Origin: a virus
Lineage: Duplodnaviria > Heunggongvirae > Uroviricota > Caudoviricetes
DNA: 7,358 bases
IMG/VR virus record: IMGVR_UViG_2703718800_000016
Coordinates: 1 to 7,358 of that record
Direction: 5' to 3' (one strand)
Position numbers and translations under genes: made by a program. Shown one piece after another: positions 6,200 through 7,358 of this stretch. How positions within the stretch are numbered: the first letter of the stretch is position 1; each line of letters starts with the position of its first letter. The notes below the pieces were generated by a model. The model saw nothing but the letters and a program-made list of their open reading frames with translations. It was not told the origin of the DNA and searched no databases.

Positions 6200-6401
6200 A
6201 TGACAGAGCACGCTTTAAAGGTGGCAATCAGAACGATAGACCGCCACGCGGGGGGAAGGATACGCGAAAGCACATCCCGAACTGATAAGCGCATTCATGA
6301 CCACGACGGCGGCAAATTTTGCCACGCTGACAGAACGGGAGATTGCCGAAGCGGAACAGGTAACAACCATCAACGTTAAAACCGGAGAGGTGGAATCATG
6401 A
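6200..6401 (+). pseudogene. Small protein gene apparently interrupted by a 1-nt frame change at a G6 homopolymer (6250-6255); may be an assembly/sequencing indel or a genuine frameshift
   Basis: The frame from ATG 6200 (MTEHALKVAIRTIDRHAGG...) runs into an arginine/glycine-rich, non-protein-like tail ending at 6379. The +1 frame from 6252 reads GEGYAKAHPELISAFMTTTAANFATLTEREIAEAEQVTTINVKTGEVES and ends with TGA overlapping the ssb ATG (ATGA at 6398-6401). Removing one G would give a continuous ~65-aa ORF coupled to ssb. The track ORF 6122..6379 is the upstream frame. Confidence 0.35.
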
Positions 6402-6808
6402 CAGCACAGATAGCAGCTTACGGGCGGCTGGTGGACGACCCGCAGGTAAAACAGACCAGCAAGGGCACACCAATGACGCTGGCACGTATGGCGGTATCGT
6501 TGCCATGTAGTCAGGCGCAGGATGGGCAGGCGACGTTATGGCTATCGGTCATCGCATTTGGTAAGCAGGCCGACTTCCTGGCTAAACATCAAAAAGGCGA
6601 CGTTGCCAGCGTATCCGGCACGATGCAGGTCAGCCAGTGGACCGGACAGAACGGGGAAACGCGGCAGGGTTATCAGGTTATTGCAGACAGCGTAATCAGT
6701 GCCCGTGCGGCACGTCCTGGCGGGAACAGACGCAAAACCACAGGCACACAGGGTAATCAGCCACCAGCGGGAGACGATGACCCCTACGGGGATAACATAC
6801 CGTTTTAA
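6398..6808 (+). CDS. ssb: Single-stranded DNA-binding protein (compact SSB-like)
   Basis: 136 aa. The OB-fold region aligns by eye to E. coli SSB ([26 protein letters not shown] vs [74 protein letters not shown] vs [49 protein letters not shown]). A short Gly/Pro linker leads to an acidic tip [11 protein letters not shown] (canonical SSB tip is DDDIPF). Shine-Dalgarno GGAGAGG 7 nt before the ATG. Confidence 0.85.
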   Translation: [136 protein letters not shown]

Positions 6809-6812
6809 GCAA

Positions 6813-6838
6813 CGAGTGACAGAAGCCTGAGCAATCCG
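6813..6838 (+). terminator. Possible rho-independent terminator after ssb
   Basis: Short stem AAGCC (6814-6818) / GGCTT (6828-6832) followed by a T-run (6832-6837). The stem is only about 5 bp with a 9-10 nt loop, so this is moderate at best. Confidence 0.4.
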
Positions 6839-6899
6839 GCTTTTTTACGGGTCCTCCTGGCGGGGTGGGCCTGAACACGGGGCGGAGGGGCGCGGAAAA

Positions 6900-7076
6900 A
6901 AGCGCATTTTTGTGATTTTATCGTCATCATCATCATGTGTGTAACCTGTTGTTTTTAATGTGGTTGATGCAAAAAAGATGATGATTGTGGTTAATTTTTG
7001 TTCGACATCTTTTAGCGTGACAGATTCTTTACAAAAAATCTGAGCTTGTTTTCTTCACCAGCGCGATGGGGGCACA
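6900..7076 (+). promoter_or_regulatory. AT-rich intergenic region with repeated TGTG-N-TT-N-AT motifs (putative regulated promoter for the downstream gene)
   Basis: TGTGATTTTA (6911), TGTGGTTGAT (6960) and TGTGGTTAAT (6986), with ATCATCATCAT and GATGATGAT runs. No clean sigma70 -35/-10 pair and no P2-type TGT-N12-ACA activator site was found by eye, so the promoter may be activator-dependent. GGGGG Shine-Dalgarno at 7068-7072. Confidence 0.25.
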
Positions 7077-7358
7077 ATGACAGAAGCCGAACTACTGGGA
7101 TTAATCCGCCGCGTTACCGGAATCAGCCAGCAGCATGACGAACAGGCCACGCAGCCGGACAGCGTGACCGCCGAAAATTATGTGCGTGTTGTTGCTGAGG
7201 TGATGCGCCGTGATGGTATCCAGCTTAATGATGTGGATATGCGCAACATACGGATCCGCGTTCTTGAAATGCTGGCCTACCGTCGCCGCGTGCAGACGTA
7301 CAGGGAAAAAGCAAAAATAACGTACCAGTGGAAGAAGCCGGAGCGATTACGGCGGTAA
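7077..7358 (+). CDS. Hypothetical protein (93 aa, helix-rich with basic C-terminus)
   Basis: Complete ORF (stop TAA at 7356-7358) with GGGGG 4 nt before the ATG. Product MTEAELLGLIRRVTGISQQHDEQATQPDSVTAENYVRVVAEVMRRDGIQLNDVDMRNIRIRVLEMLAYRRRVQTYREKAKITYQWKKPERLRR. No family recognised. Confidence 0.6.
   Translation: MTEAELLGLIRRVTGISQQHDEQATQPDSVTAENYVRVVAEVMRRDGIQLNDVDMRNIRIRVLEMLAYRRRVQTYREKAKITYQWKKPERLRR

Larger units (their letters stand above)
1..7358. mobile_element. Integrase-proximal arm of a P4-like satellite prophage / phage-inducible chromosomal island (partial; element continues past window end)
   Basis: Gene order int - alpA/vis-like - icd-like - primase/helicase - iteron origin - ssb-like, almost all co-oriented, matches P4-like satellites and Gram-negative PICIs (established knowledge of these families). 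No att site or tRNA lies in the window; int starts at base 1, so the attachment site would be upstream of the window. Confidence 0.7.

Noticed and set aside
6122-6379. Track ORF 6122..6379 as an intact 85-aa protein
   Set aside because: Its C-terminal half (RIRESTSRTDKRIHDHDGGKFCHADRTGDCRSGTGNNHQR) is not protein-like, whereas the +1 frame after the G6 run is protein-like and couples to ssb. Treated as a frame-disrupted gene instead, with low confidence.
6900-7076. P2/P4-type late promoter (TGT-N12-ACA activator site for Ogr/Delta)
   Set aside because: Every TGT and ACA in the region was checked by hand and none pair at N12 spacing.

Overview
This window reads as the integrase-proximal ~7.4 kb of a P4-like satellite prophage or phage-inducible chromosomal island from an enterobacterium, continuing beyond the window end. 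All calls rest on reading the sequence and the supplied ORF track by eye; no database search was run. Nearly everything is on the + strand: a complete P4/IntA-type tyrosine integrase (1..1242), a doubtful small ORF with a clear terminator, an AlpA/Vis-family regulator (1739..1945), two tandem Icd-like paralogs (2688..2885, 3172..3345), a sharply AT-rich pair of overlapping small ORFs (3335..3785), a small gene coupled to a 582-aa primase/SF3-helicase (4087..5835), an iteron-rich putative origin (5850..6073), a small gene apparently broken at a G6 homopolymer, a compact SSB-like gene (6398..6808) and a further 93-aa ORF. The one minus-strand gene is an Arc-like ribbon-helix-helix regulator (2325..2504), divergent from the icd operon across an intergenic region carrying three 10-bp direct repeats. 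No rRNA, tRNA or CRISPR array is visible. The best candidate for something undescribed is the AT-rich two-gene cassette (~33% GC against ~53-62% in the flanks), followed by the RHH switch, the frameshifted gene/SSB module and an enrichment of Chi octamers.
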